From contig CAWDFQ010000007.1 in the NCBI GenBank assembly GCA_963801625.1, positions 2,977 to 66,976 of the forward strand: 64,000 nt of DNA, read 5' to 3'. The stretch comes from an uncultured delta proteobacterium. Lineage in GTDB: Bacteria; Myxococcota_A; UBA9160; PR03. A program made the translations under genes and the position numbers. Shown here piece by piece: positions 31,550-41,903 of the stretch. Positions within the stretch are counted from its first letter, which is position 1; every line of letters starts with the position of its first letter. The notes under the pieces were generated by a model, which saw only the letters and a program-made list of their open reading frames with translations, had not been told where the DNA came from and searched no databases.

Positions 31550-32160
31550 CGCTCCTTGCCGGTTCGTCGCGCGACGCCGGGGGCCTGCCGCGCGAAGTCG
31601 CGGAGCCTTTCCTACGGCTCGATCGGCGCGGATTCCTGCGGTTCGCGGGGGTGCTCGCGGCAACCGGAGCGCTGCCGTTGGGCCGCCGCGGGGTGCCCTC
31701 CGAGCTGAATTTGCCCGGAGGAGTCGATTTGCAGGTGCTCTCGCCGCGCGCGTATGCAACCCTCCAGGCCGTCGCGATGCGCTGCGTCGGGCCTCGGGGA
31801 GCCGAGGCGATCCGGGCGAGACGCATCGACCCGGCGCGCGCCGCCGATGCATGGGTGGCGCACTTGCCGGCACTGGCGGGTCCGCTGGTGCAGGCGCTCT
31901 GGGTGCTGGAGTGGGGCGTTGCTCCGCTCGTTGCGAAGTGGCGGCCCTTCACGGCGCTGGACGGCGCCGGTCAGGATCGTGTGTTGGAGGATCTGATGCG
32001 CTCGCGTCTCGAGCTGAAGAGCGACTTGTTCAAGGGACTGAAGTCGCTCTCGATGTTGACGTTCTACTCCGACCCCGCGAGCCGCGCAGAGGTCGGGTAC
32101 CCGGGCGCATTCGACGCCACGGGCATCGCCGCGGCGATGACGTACGCGCCCGGTGTCTGA
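31546..32160 (+). CDS. gluconate 2-dehydrogenase subunit 3-like protein with Tat signal
   Basis: Intact 204-aa ORF. It has the twin-arginine motif LDRRGFLRFAGVLAATGALP. The C-terminal SLSMLTFYSDP is typical of the small subunit that partners GMC flavoproteins (recall-based). Confidence 0.65.
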   Translation: MTLLAGSSRDAGGLPREVAEPFLRLDRRGFLRFAGVLAATGALPLGRRGVPSELNLPGGVDLQVLSPRAYATLQAVAMRCVGPRGAEAIRARRIDPARAADAWVAHLPALAGPLVQALWVLEWGVAPLVAKWRPFTALDGAGQDRVLEDLMRSRLELKSDLFKGLKSLSMLTFYSDPASRAEVGYPGAFDATGIAAAMTYAPGV

Positions 32161-34095
32161 GCCGCCGCGCGAGGCGCGCCCGCGGCGTTCGCGTCGCGGT
32201 GGGCGTCGCCGCCGTCGCGGCGGGACGAAGCTCGCGGCGCGCGAAGTGGAGAATGCGCCGCGCGTGGCTGCTGCGCTGCCCGACGAGCCCGCGGTGAAGA
32301 AGCGGGTGCGCCGACCGAGGGCGGCCGTGGTCGAGTTCCCGCCGGAGTCGCGCGTGGTCGCGGCCTCGCCTGCGCAGGCCGCCCTGCGCCTCGGCATCGA
32401 GCGACTGCATCCCGAGCAGGAGCAGGTCGTCGCCGACGTGCTCGCGGGCCGCGACGTGCTGCTCGTGCTGCCCACCGGCTTCGGCAAGTCGGCCTGCTAC
32501 CAGGTTCCGTCGATGTTGTTGCCACGGCCGGTGGTCGTGGTGTCGCCGCTGATCGCGTTGCTGCAGGATCAGCACCGCCGGCTCATCGAGAGGGGCGTTC
32601 GCTGCGTGCGCCTCGACGGCACGGTGCGCGGCAAGGCGCGGCGCGCGGCGATGGCGGAGATCGCCGCGCGGCGGCCCGCTGCTGGTGATGACCACGCCCG
32701 AGACGCTCGGCAGCAGCGAGCCGCGCGAGGCGCTCGTCGCGAGCGGCGTGTCGCTGGTGGCGATCGACGAGGCGCACTGCATCTCGGAGTGGGGCTACGA
32801 CTTCCGTCCCGAGTACCGGCGCCTCGGCCAGCGCGTGCGCGAGCTCGGCGGGCCGCCGATCCTGGCGCTCACCGCGACCGCGACGCCGATGGTGCGCGAC
32901 GCCATCGTGCGTTCACTCGGCATGCGCGATCCCGACGTGGTCGGCGTCGTCGCCGCACCGCTCGAATCTCGCCTTCGAAGTGCTGCGCTGCGAGGGCGAC
33001 GCGCGCTTCCGCGCGCTGCTTGCGCCTCGCCCGCCGGCTGCGCCGCCCGGGCATCATCTATTGCACGACACGCGCGAGGTCGACGCCGTCTACGCGCTGC
33101 TGATGCGCTTCGGGATCCCTGCGCACCGCTACCACGGCGGCATGACGGGGCTCGAGCGGGAAACCGAGCAGGAGCATTTCATGAAGGACGAGCGCCGCAC
33201 CGTGATGGTCGCGACGAGCGCCTTCGGCCTCGGCATCGACAAGCCCGACATCCGCTACGTGATGCACTTCCAGTCGCCGGCGTCGCTCGAGCAGTACGTG
33301 CAGGAGGCCGGCCGCGGCGGTCGCGACGGGCGCAAGGCCAACTGCATCCTGCTCTACGACAGCAGCGATCGGGCGATCCACGAGCTGCTGCTGGCGCGCA
33401 GCCGCGTACGCCCCGACCAGCTCTACAAGCTCGGCGCCGCGCTCGCGGCGTGGGCGGAAGAGGGCCGCAAGCCGACGGTGCAGGCGCTCGCGGTGTCGGC
33501 CGAACTCGGGCCGCGCATCGCCGGCGCCCTGCTCAACAAGCTCGAGGAAGCCGGGCTCGTGCGCTGGGAGGGCGACCAGATCCAGATTGCCGGCGCGCCG
33601 GAGACACTGGAACAGGACGCTCGCGCACTCGCCGGGCAGTTCGAGACGTTGCGCCGGCAGGACGCGCGCCGCCTCGACGCGCTCGGCGACTACGCCGCCT
33701 CCGACGAGTGCCGTGCGATCTACCTGCGGCGCTACTTCGGCGAGCCCGACGAGACGCCGTGCGAGCTGTGCGACGTGTGCCGCGGCAGTCCGGAGCGGCC
33801 CGCGGCGTTCTTCGAACCACTGGTGCGGCCGAAGCAGCCGGAACGCCGACGCCGGTCACGGCGCCGCGGGGCTCACGAGCGCGAGGGGAGGCAGCGCGAC
33901 CGCGGTGTGCGACCGGAGCCGGGTCCGAGCCCGCGACCGGCGGTCGCTGCAACGGCCGCAGCAGCGGACCCGGGCGTGGCGGCGGGCGAACATCCGCATC
34001 GTCGCCGTCGTCGCGGCCGGCGCGGCGGTCGTCGCCGGAGCGGCAGGCGCGATGGCCACGGGGAAGCGTCGCCTCCGGTGCAGCCCGAAGACTGA
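32153..34095 (+). pseudogene. recQ: RecQ-family ATP-dependent DNA helicase, frame disrupted about 3 times
   Basis: The motifs LVLPTGFGKSACYQVP, VVVSPLIALLQDQ, VAIDEAHCISEWGYDFRPEY, LALTATAT, VATSAFGLGIDKPDIRYVMHF and QEAGRGGRDG are spread over ORFs 32153..33103, 32685..34142 and 32980..34095. Both the N- and C-termini have Arg-rich tails. Confidence 0.9.
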
Positions 34096-34134
34096 GAGCG
34101 GCGGCCCGGTTCCCGACCGCGCGAGCGCGGGTCA

Positions 34135-34292
34135 GAGCCTGAGAAGAAATCCCCGACCGAGCAGCGCGCAGCGCCGGTGGGCCAGCTGCAAGGCGCGACG
34201 ACGAGTCATATCGGGATATGGCGAGGAGGAGCAACGCAGCAGATGGCCCGCCGCCGCAAGCGATGCGACCGAGGGGATTTTTTCTCAGGCTC
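34135..34292. repeat. 158-bp symmetric hairpin / MITE-like element between convergent recQ and the HPF gene
   Basis: The terminal 20-nt arms GAGCCTGAGAAGAAATCCCC (34135-34154) and GGGGATTTTTTCTCAGGCTC (34273-34292) pair at 19 of 20 positions. A central palindrome CATATC-GG-GATATG (34207-34220) shares the same symmetry axis (34213.5). The inner arms are partly complementary. TCA flanks both ends. Confidence 0.85.
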
Positions 34293-34596
34293 TCAGGTGC
34301 GGTGTTCGGCGCGGCGACCCCGCAGCCGGCGCACTTCCTGGACGAACGCGTCGACTGCCTCGTTGAGCGCCTTGCCGAGATCCTCCCCCGTTCGCGTCGC
34401 GACGACTTCGGCACCGCGCGCCTGACACGTGATGTTCACTTCCTGGCCCCCGTGGCGGTGGTGGCTGTTCGGTTTCGCCACGATGCGCAGATCGATCAGA
34501 TCGTCGTGGCCTTCGGCCAGTGCCTCGCAGGCGACGCTCCACCGCTTCGCGCTGCGTGGCATCGATCTCGTCCATGTTGCGCCAGTGAATCTCCAC
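34293..34596 (-). pseudogene. HPF/RaiA-family ribosome-associated protein (short form), one frame disruption
   Basis: The N-terminus MEIHWRNMDEIDATQREAVERRL is in ORF 34285..34596. It continues as ALAEGHDDLIDLRIVAKPNSHHRHGGQEVNITCQARGAEVVATRTGEDLGKALNEAVDAFVQEV in ORF 34293..34562. Confidence 0.65.
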
Positions 34597-34643
34597 GGGT
34601 CACCTCCTTCGATCGGGTTCTGATTCGTGGCAGTAGCGAGGCT

Positions 34644-35463
34644 TCAGCTCGGATCCTGGAAGCGCGGCGCCCGCTTCTCGAGATTGGCGCGCACCGACTC
34701 GATCTGGTTCGGGCGGCCGATCAGCCCGAGCTGGAGCGTCTCTTCGAGCCGCAAGCCGTCGGCGACGGGCACGACGCCGGATGCGTCGAGCAGTTGCTTG
34801 GCCGCGCGGATCGCGTCGGGCGAGCGGGTGGCGATCTCCGCGGCGACCTCGAGGGCCGTCGCGCGCGGATCGACCGCGACGCGCGTCGCGAGCCCGAGTT
34901 CGACGGCCTCGGTGCCGGAGACGACGCGGCCCGTGAAGGTCAGCTCCTTCGCGACGTCGAGACGCACCAGCCGCCGCAGCGTCTGCGTACCGCTCATGTC
35001 GGGCACGAGTCCCCACTTGATCTCCATCACCGAGAGCTTCGCGTCGGGCGCGACGAAGCGCAGGTCGGCGCCGAGCGCGATCTGGAGTCCGCCGCCATAC
35101 GCGACGCCGTGCACCGCGGCGATCACCGGCACGGGCACTTCGGTCCAGATCCACGCCGCGCGCTGCGCAAAGTTCGCCGGGCTCGACGCGTCGCCGCGCG
35201 CGAGCAGGTTCGGTGCTCGCTTGCCGGACGCGCGAGTCGCCACTCATGGACTGGAAACTCGAGAAGTCGAGGCCCGCGCTGAAGGCGCGGCCTTCGCCCG
35301 AGAGCACGACGGCGCGCAGCGACGGGTCGCACGCGAGTTCGGCGCCGGTCGCGACCAGCGCTTCGAACATCGGGATGTCGAGCGCGTTCATCTTGTCGGC
35401 GCGATTGAGGCGCACGTCCGCGACGCCGCCCGGCAGTCTCGTCACCACGACCCGATCCGACAT
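34644..35463 (-). pseudogene. enoyl-CoA hydratase/isomerase family protein, one frame disruption
   Basis: The N-terminus MSDRVVVTRLPGGVADVRLNRADKMNAL...LSGEGRAFSAGLD is in ORF 34600..35463. The C-terminus VIAAVHGVAYGGGLQIALGADLRF...WGLVPDMSGT is in ORF 34644..35243. The switch is near 35245. Confidence 0.8.
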
Positions 35464-35475
35464 GGCTTCTTCTCT

Positions 35476-36248
35476 TCAGCGCAGCCCGGCGCTGCGCAGA
35501 TGATCGATCTCGTTGAAGTTCTGGAGCGACCAGACGAAGCCGGTCATGCCGACCGGTCGCGACTGCACCACCGTGTAGGCGGCCAGCTCCATCTCGAAGC
35601 GGTTCCACTCCCACGGCACGCACGGAATGTCGAGCAGGTGCGTGATCGCGACCGCGTTGGTGCCGCCGTGGGCGACGATCGCGATGCGCTGCCGTTGCGG
35701 CGGCAGCTTCCACACCGTGAACTCGTCCTCGCTCTCGCGCGGCACGCCGTGGCGCGCGAGCAGCGCTGCCGAAGGTGCTCGAGACGCGCGTATGGAACTG
35801 GCGGAAGCTTTCGCCGCCCGGCCAGCCGCTCCAGTGTTCGCGCAGCGGGCGCTGGATCGCGCGGCGGAAGTAGGCGTCGACGTCGGTCTGCGAGAGGCCT
35901 TCGAGCGGGAATGTCGATCTCGGCGAGACCTTCGATCGTGATCGGCTCGACGCCCGTCGCCTTCGCGACGCGGAGCCGCCGTCTCCTGCGCGCGGCGCAG
36001 CGGAGAGACGTAGAGCGCCTGGATTCCGCTAGCTCGCGAGCGCCTGCGCTGCGGCTTCGGCCTGGAGGCGGCCGCGCGCCGTGAGCGCCGCGTCGAGCAC
36101 CGAAAGACCGCCGTCGGGTGTCCAGTCGGGTTCGCCGTGTCGCAGCAGGATGATCTCGATGGCGGTGTCGTCGCGTTGCCGCGCCTCGCGGCGGGAAATT
36201 GCGCCGGGCTCGGGAACTTCGAGCGCGCGCAGGGCACTGGGGTGACAA
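35476..36248 (-). pseudogene. histidine phosphatase (phosphoglycerate mutase-like) family protein, several frame disruptions
   Basis: The RHG motif IEIILLRHGEPDW, then LYVSPLRRAQETA, and the C-terminal IAIVAHGGTNAVAITHLL...NFNEIDHL lie in different - strand frames. The start is uncertain. A TTG at 36248 sits behind a GGAGG but is in another frame than the RHG block. Confidence 0.6.
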
Positions 36249-36339
36249 GACGATCCTCCGTCGGAGATTGCCCGCGGCAGTCGCCTATCATAGCCACGCA
36301 GACGAGCCCGGCCCGACCGCGCAGCAGGAGGAGTCACGC

Positions 36340-37138
36340 ATGCCGACTGCGCCCCAGGAACCCGTACTGCTCGTCGATCGCGAGGACGGCGTCGCGACAT
36401 TCACGCTGAATCGTCCTGCGGCGATGAACGCGTTGTCGCGCGAGCTGCGTCGCGCAATCGCGGCGGCGTTCCGCGCCATCGCCGAGGACGCGGACGTCGG
36501 CGCCGTCATCGTGACCGGCAACGGCCGCGCATTCTGCGCCGGTCTCGACCTGAAGGAGCTGGGCGGCGAGACGGCCGACGAAGCGCCCGGCACGCTGCTC
36601 GGAGAGACCGACATGATGAGCGCGCTGCGCGCCTGCGCCGTTCCGGTGATCGGCGCCGTGAACGGCTTCGCGATCACCGGCGGCTTCGAGCTCGCGCTCG
36701 CGTGCGACATCCTGATCGCATCGAGCCATCGCGCGCTTCGCCGATACCCACGCGCGCGTCGGCATCGTGCCGGGTTGGGGCCTCTCGCAGCTGCTGCCGC
36801 GCCTCGATCGGGATCGGCCGCGCGAAGGAGCTCTCCTTCACCGGCAATTTTCTCGATGCCGAGCAGGCCCTGGCGTGGGGACTCGTGAACCGCGTCGTCG
36901 CGCCCGGAGGATCTGCTCCCGACCTGTCGCAGCCTCGCGCGCGACATGCTCTCGTGCGACCGCGCGACGCTGCTGCGCCGTGAAGCGCGTCTACGACGAG
37001 GGCTACCGCGCCACGCTCGCCGACGGTCTGCGCATCGAAGGCCGCATCGCGGTCGAACACGCGCGCGCGGTGCGTCCCGAGCAGGTCGCGGCGCGACGGC
37101 GCGGCGTGCAGGAGCGCGGTCGGTCGCAGTCCCGCTGA
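36340..37138 (+). pseudogene. enoyl-CoA hydratase/isomerase family protein, frame disrupted about 2-3 times
   Basis: The ATG at 36340 follows AGGAGGAG. The blocks VATFTLNRPAAMNAL, VVTGNGRAFCAGLDL and AVNGFAITGGFELALACDI are present, followed by ARVGIVPGWGLSQLLPR and GRAKELSFTG in other frames. The gene ends with ORF 36767..37138. Confidence 0.8.
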
Positions 37139-37234
37139 GCGGAACGCGAGCGAGTCGTTCCGCGATCCGAAACGCGCTTTCGCGTCGGCGCTGCGTGGCT
37201 AGACTCGGGTCATCCGTCACGCCGGGGGGAGCTC

Positions 37235-38375
37235 ATGAGCGACGCACGAACGAGTACGACCGGCGCCGTCGATCGCGGACTCGAGGGCGTGGTCGCGTGC
37301 AGCACCGCGATCAGCACGATCGCCGGGACGACGCTGCTCTACCGCGGCTACACGATCGAAGACCTCGCCGCGCACGCGACCTTCGAGGAGGTCGCGTATC
37401 TGCTCTGGTTCGGGCGGCTGCCCGACCGCAGACGAACTCGCGCGCTTCCAACGCCAGCTCGACGACGCGATGCCGCTGCCGCCGTGGAATCCTTCGGCTG
37501 GTTCCACGGGCTGCCGACCGACGTGCACCCGATGGACTTCCTGCACGCCGTCGTGGCGGGCCTTTCGCTGCACGATCCCGACGCCAACGTGCTCAGCTAC
37601 GAGGCGAACCTGCGCAAGGCGGTGCGACTGACTGCGCGCCTCGCGACGATCATCGCCGCCTACGACCGCGTGCGGAACGGCCAGTGGCCGCTGCAACCGC
37701 TGCCCGGTCGCTCGATCGCCTGGAATTTCCTGTACATGCTGCACGGCAAGGAGCCGTCCGCGCGACGGGTCCGACAGTTCGACACCTGCCTGGTCCTGCA
37801 CGCCGACCACGAGCTGAACGCGTCGGCGTTCTCGGCGCGCGTCACGTCGAGCACGCTCTCCGGGATGTATTCGAGCGTGATGGCGGCGATCGGCACGCTG
37901 AAGGGCGAGCTGCACGGCGGCGCCAACGAGCAGGTGATGCGGATGCTGCTCGAGATCGGTTCGCCGAAGCGGCTCGAGGCCTATCTCGACGACGCGCTCT
38001 CTTCGAAGCGCAAGGTGATGGGCTTCGGACACCGCGTCTACAAGGAAGGCGATCCGCGCGCGGCGATCCTGAAGCGATGAGCGCGATCTCACCGCCGAGA
38101 CCGGCCGGCCCGAGCTCTACGAGATGAGCGCCGCGATCGAGGAGTACATGCACGATCGCAAGGGGCTGATCCCGAACGTCGATTTCTACTCGGCGACGGT
38201 CTACTACAGCATGGGCATCCCGATCGACCTGTTCACGCCGGTCTTCGCAGCGAGCCGGGTCGCGGGCTGGTGCGCCCACGTCCTCGAGCAGTACTCGAAC
38301 AACCGGATCTACCGGCCGCGCGGCAACTACGTGGGCCCGCGCGACCTGCACTACCTCCCGATCGACGAGCGCTGA
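37235..38375 (+). pseudogene. citrate synthase (small/type II-like; could be 2-methylcitrate synthase), frame disrupted
   Basis: GLEGVVACSTAISTI, LLYRGYTIEDLA, LVLHADHELNASAF, GELHGGANEQV and GFGHRVYKEGDPRA are in ORF 37235..38080. The C-terminus PNVDFYSATVYYSMGIP...RVAGWCAHVLEQ is in ORF 38124..38375. A scrambled stretch lies at about 37430-37500. Confidence 0.85.
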
Positions 38376-38421
38376 CGCGGGCCGACGGCGCCGGAAGATC
38401 GAGAAAAGTCGATGTCATCCA

Positions 38422-38450
38422 TTGTCATCGCTCGTATTACAAATTAATCT
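38422..38450 (+). promoter_or_regulatory. candidate sigma-70-type promoter (TTGTCA-N17-TAATCT)
   Basis: The site lies in an AT-rich patch within the GC-rich intergenic region, 30 nt upstream of ATG 38481. GGAGGCGGAG sits between them as a likely RBS. This is pattern match only. Confidence 0.35.
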
Positions 38451-38480
38451 GCCGCCAGACCGAGGGAACCGGAGGCGGAG

Positions 38481-39032
38481 ATGGACGATGAAGAGGCGCG
38501 GCTCCGCGAAGAGCGGCGCAAGGACCGTCTGATCCAGACGCGTGTGCCCCGGGACCTCGAGTCCACCTTGAAGCGCGAAGCGCGCAGGAGGCGGCTCACC
38601 GTGTCCCATCTCATCCGCAACGTTCTCGAAGACACCTTCCAGCTGGTCGACGATGTGGTCGCGAACGTCGATGAGATCGTCACCGATTCCGTCGAGCTGG
38701 CGCGCCGCGTCGGTCGCGACGCGCGACGCGTGGCCGATGTCGTCCGCGACGCCGTCGTCGCGCCGGAGACCGATGGCGAGGCGACTGCGACGGACGCGCC
38801 CGCCGAGGCGCCGACCGACGCTGCGCCGGCGGCAGGGTCCGACGCGGCGCACGACGCCCCGCTGCCGCTCGACCAGGTCTACGCCTGGAACCGCGTGGTG
38901 CGAATCGGCGCCGCGACGTGCGCGCGCTGTGCGACCGAACTCCCGCGCGGCAGCGACGCCTTCGTGGGTCTCTCCGATGCAGCGAACGGCCCGCGCCTGT
39001 GGCTCTGCGCCGCTTGCGGGGAGTCGCTCTGA
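38481..39032 (+). CDS. hypothetical protein: ribbon-helix-helix-like N-terminus, acidic linker, C-terminal Cys4 zinc-ribbon-like motif
   Basis: Intact 183-aa ORF. LIQTRVPRDLESTLKREARRRRLTVSHLIRNVLED is CopG/RHH-like. The C-terminus is CARCATELP...WLCAACGESL. Its stop overlaps the next gene's start (TGATG at 39030-39034). Confidence 0.55.
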   Translation: MDDEEARLREERRKDRLIQTRVPRDLESTLKREARRRRLTVSHLIRNVLEDTFQLVDDVVANVDEIVTDSVELARRVGRDARRVADVVRDAVVAPETDGEATATDAPAEAPTDAAPAAGSDAAHDAPLPLDQVYAWNRVVRIGAATCARCATELPRGSDAFVGLSDAANGPRLWLCAACGESL

Positions 39033-40564
39033 TGGTCACCGCCACGCGCAGCGGCGCAGCGCGCAGTTGGTTCGCAACGCTCGACGACCTGGTTTCGGGC
39101 GTCGAGGAAACCGCATGGGAGCTGCGCGGGATCGCCGAGCGCTTCCTCGACCTCGGCGAGACCGTGCGCGACGACTGTCTCGACACTGGCGCACGACGCG
39201 CGCGCGCTCGGCGCCGAGATCGAGCGCTGGCCGGCACGCGGCGGCCGCGCGGCGGGCGTCGGCTGGCTGCTCGCGCAGATCGCCGCGAGCTATCGGCTGC
39301 ACGCGATCCAGTCGGCGTTCGTGCCCGAACGCGTCGCGCGCGCGCAGCTCGACGCGCTGCACGCGCGCAATGCGCGGCGCTTCGTCGAGGCGAGCCTGCG
39401 CCACGGCGGCGCATTCCTGAAGGCGGGCCAATTGCTCTCGTCGCGACTCGATCTGCTCCCCGAGGCCTGGTCGCAGCAGCTGAGCCGACTCCAGGACGGC
39501 GTGCCGCCCGCCCCATGGCCGGACGTGCGCGCGATCCTGGAGGGCGATCTCGGCGGGCCGCTGGAGGATCACTTCGCAGTCGTTCGATCCCGAGGCGGTC
39601 GCGGCGGCCAGCATCGCCCAGGTACACCGAGCGCGGACGCACGACGGGCGCGACGTCGCCGTGAAGGTGCAGCGTCCCGGTATCGAGCAGATCCTCGCGC
39701 TCGATCTCGATCTGCTCGCGACGTTCGTCGCGTCGATGCGCTCGGCGCTGCCGACGGCCGACTACGACACGATCGTCGCCGAGGTGCGCGCGAGCATCGG
39801 CGCGGAGACGGAGTTCGCGCGCGAGGCCGACGTGCAGGAGCGGCTCGCCGACTTCTTCGCCGATCACCCGCGGATCGAGGTGCCGCGCCCGCTGCGGGAG
39901 CTGTGCGGCGGCCGCGTGCTCACCAGCCGTTCATGGAGGGCCGGCGCATCACGCTCGTCCTCGACGAGTGGCGCGCCCGCCGCGACGCGGGCGACGCGGA
40001 AGCCGGCGCGCAGACTCGACGAGACGCTCGGCCTGGTGCTCGAGGCCTACACGCGGCAGGTGCTCGAAGCCGGTGTGTTCCAGGCCGACCCGCATCCCGG
40101 CAACTCTGCTCGTAAGCGGGGATGGGACGCTCGTGCTCCTCGACTTCGGCTGCGCGCGCGAGCTGCCTCGCGCGGCACGACGGCAATACGCGGAGCTCCT
40201 CGTCGCGTTCTTCGCTGGCGACGCCGCGCGCGTCGCGGAGTTGCTCGCCGCGTTGGGTTTCCGCACCGCAGAGCGGCCGGCCTGACACGCTGCTGCACTT
40301 CGCCGAGGCGATGCTCGGCGCGCTGCGCCGGGCCGCGCTCGAAGGCGGTGGGGTGCCGTGGCTCGATCAGGACGGAGTTGGCAGCGCAGGCGCGCGCCTT
40401 GCTCGAGGCGACGCGCGACGACCCTGTCGTCCGGATCCCCGAGGAGTTCGCGATGTTGGGGCGCGTGTTCGGAGCGCTCGGCGGGCTCTTCCAGCATTAC
40501 CGGCCGCGCCTCGACTCGACGCGCACGCTGCAGCCAGTGTTGGGCTGCGCTCGCCGCGAACTGA
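39032..40564 (+). pseudogene. ABC1/UbiB family atypical kinase (second copy), many frame disruptions
   Basis: The blocks RFVEASLRHGGAFLKAGQLLSSRLDLLP, AAASIAQVHRARTHDGRDVAVKVQRPG, VFQADPHPGN and TLVLLDFGCAREL lie in all three + frames. The 3' end is uncertain (TGA at 40562-40564 or 40586-40588). It must precede the hairpin at 40598. Confidence 0.75.
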
Positions 40565-40597
40565 CACGAATTCCTGGCGATCCCGTGAGCCCCAATC

Positions 40598-40627
40598 GAG
40601 GACGGAGGGACGGTCCCCTTCGTCCTC
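40598..40627. terminator. strong GC hairpin between convergent genes (candidate bidirectional terminator)
   Basis: In GAGGACG-G-AGGGAC-G-GTCCCT-T-CGTCCTC the nested complementary arms are GAGGACG/CGTCCTC and AGGGAC/GTCCCT. There is no clear U-tract, so intrinsic termination is not assured. Confidence 0.45.
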
Positions 40628-40666
40628 GATGTCATTCGGCGACGAGGACGGTGGGCGCGCGGGGAG

Positions 40667-41903
40667 TCAGCTCGCGCGGCGCGTCGCGGCGGCGGCCGCG
40701 AACATCCGCTCGGCGTTGCCGCCGAGGATCGCGGCGCGCGCTTCGGGTTTGCCCTCCGTCACGAGCAGCACCTTCGCGAGCGTGGCCGCAAGCGGGTAGA
40801 ACGGCCAGTCGCTGCCGAACAGCAGCCGCTCGGCTCCGACCGCGCTCATCAGACCGGCGAGCTGCGTCGCACCCTGGCAGGCGATCTCCAGCCACACGTT
40901 CGGGTACTGCTGCGCGGCGGCGAGCGCGTCGTCCACGTCTCGTGCGCCCGCGTGGCCGAGCAGGAACTGCACGCGCGGGTAGGCGGTGATCGCCGGCACG
41001 TAGTGGCGGATCAACGCGTACGGCCGGATCGATTCGGGCTCGATGCCCGAGCGACCGGCGTGGAAGATCACCGGCAGGCCGAGCCGCTCGCACTCGGCGT
41101 AGATCTGCATCGCCTCGGGATCATCCGGCGCGAAGCGCATCATCTCGGGATGCAGCTTCACACCGCGTGCGCCGCGCGCGGCGAACGCGGCGAGCTTGGC
41201 GCGCCAGCCGGCGTCGCGTGGGTGCACCGAGGCGAACGGAACGAAACGATCGGCCGCGGGTGAAGCCTCGATCGCGTCCATCCACTGCTCGGTCAGGTGA
41301 TCGCCGAAGGGCAGGCCGATCGCCATCCCGAGCACCGCTGCGCGCTGAAACCGCATCGCGTCGAGTTCGGCGAGCAGGTTGGCGAGCGTGTGGGTGCGCG
41401 CCGCGCTGCCGCCCCAGGGCAGCAGCTGATCGCGCATCTGCGCGGTCAGTTCCGCGAGCGCCGCGTCGCTGAAGTTCGCGTTCTGGTAGACGTCGAGATC
41501 GAACTCGCAGCCGGGATCTTCGCGATCGCAGTCGAGGTAGTAGTGCGTGCGCGGCGTCCGCGCGGCAAGATCGATCTGCGGGTGCGAGTAGCAGCGCAAT
41601 CCCGAAATGCGTGTGCAGGTCGATCGCGGGCGGGATGTCGATGGCGAGACGCAGCGTGCCGTCCGGCGCGAGTTCGAAGTAAGGGAGCTCCGCGAGGCCG
41701 CGGTAGCCGCGGTAGCGGAGGAGACCGAGAGAACCCTTGCCCGCGCGCTCCGTCTCGTCGCGACGCTGGCGATCGAGCGCTGCGCGATCGACGTCGGTGT
41801 ACTCGAGTCCCGAGCCGCAGCCCGGCACGGCCCACAGCGACGCGAGCGAGCCGAGCGCGAGCTTTGCGAAGCCACGCCGATCGAGACGGGGATTGCGCAT
41901 CAC
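40667..41903 (-). pseudogene. Tat-signal amidohydrolase-family (TIM-barrel metal hydrolase) protein, one frame disruption
   Basis: The N-terminus MMRNPRLDRRGFAKLALGSLASLWAVPGC...AIDLHTHFG is in ORF 41121..41903. The remainder, GVKLHPEMMRFAPDD...VIFHAGRSG...LLGHAG...LLFGSDWPF, is in ORF 40667..41875. The switch is near 41610. Confidence 0.7.
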
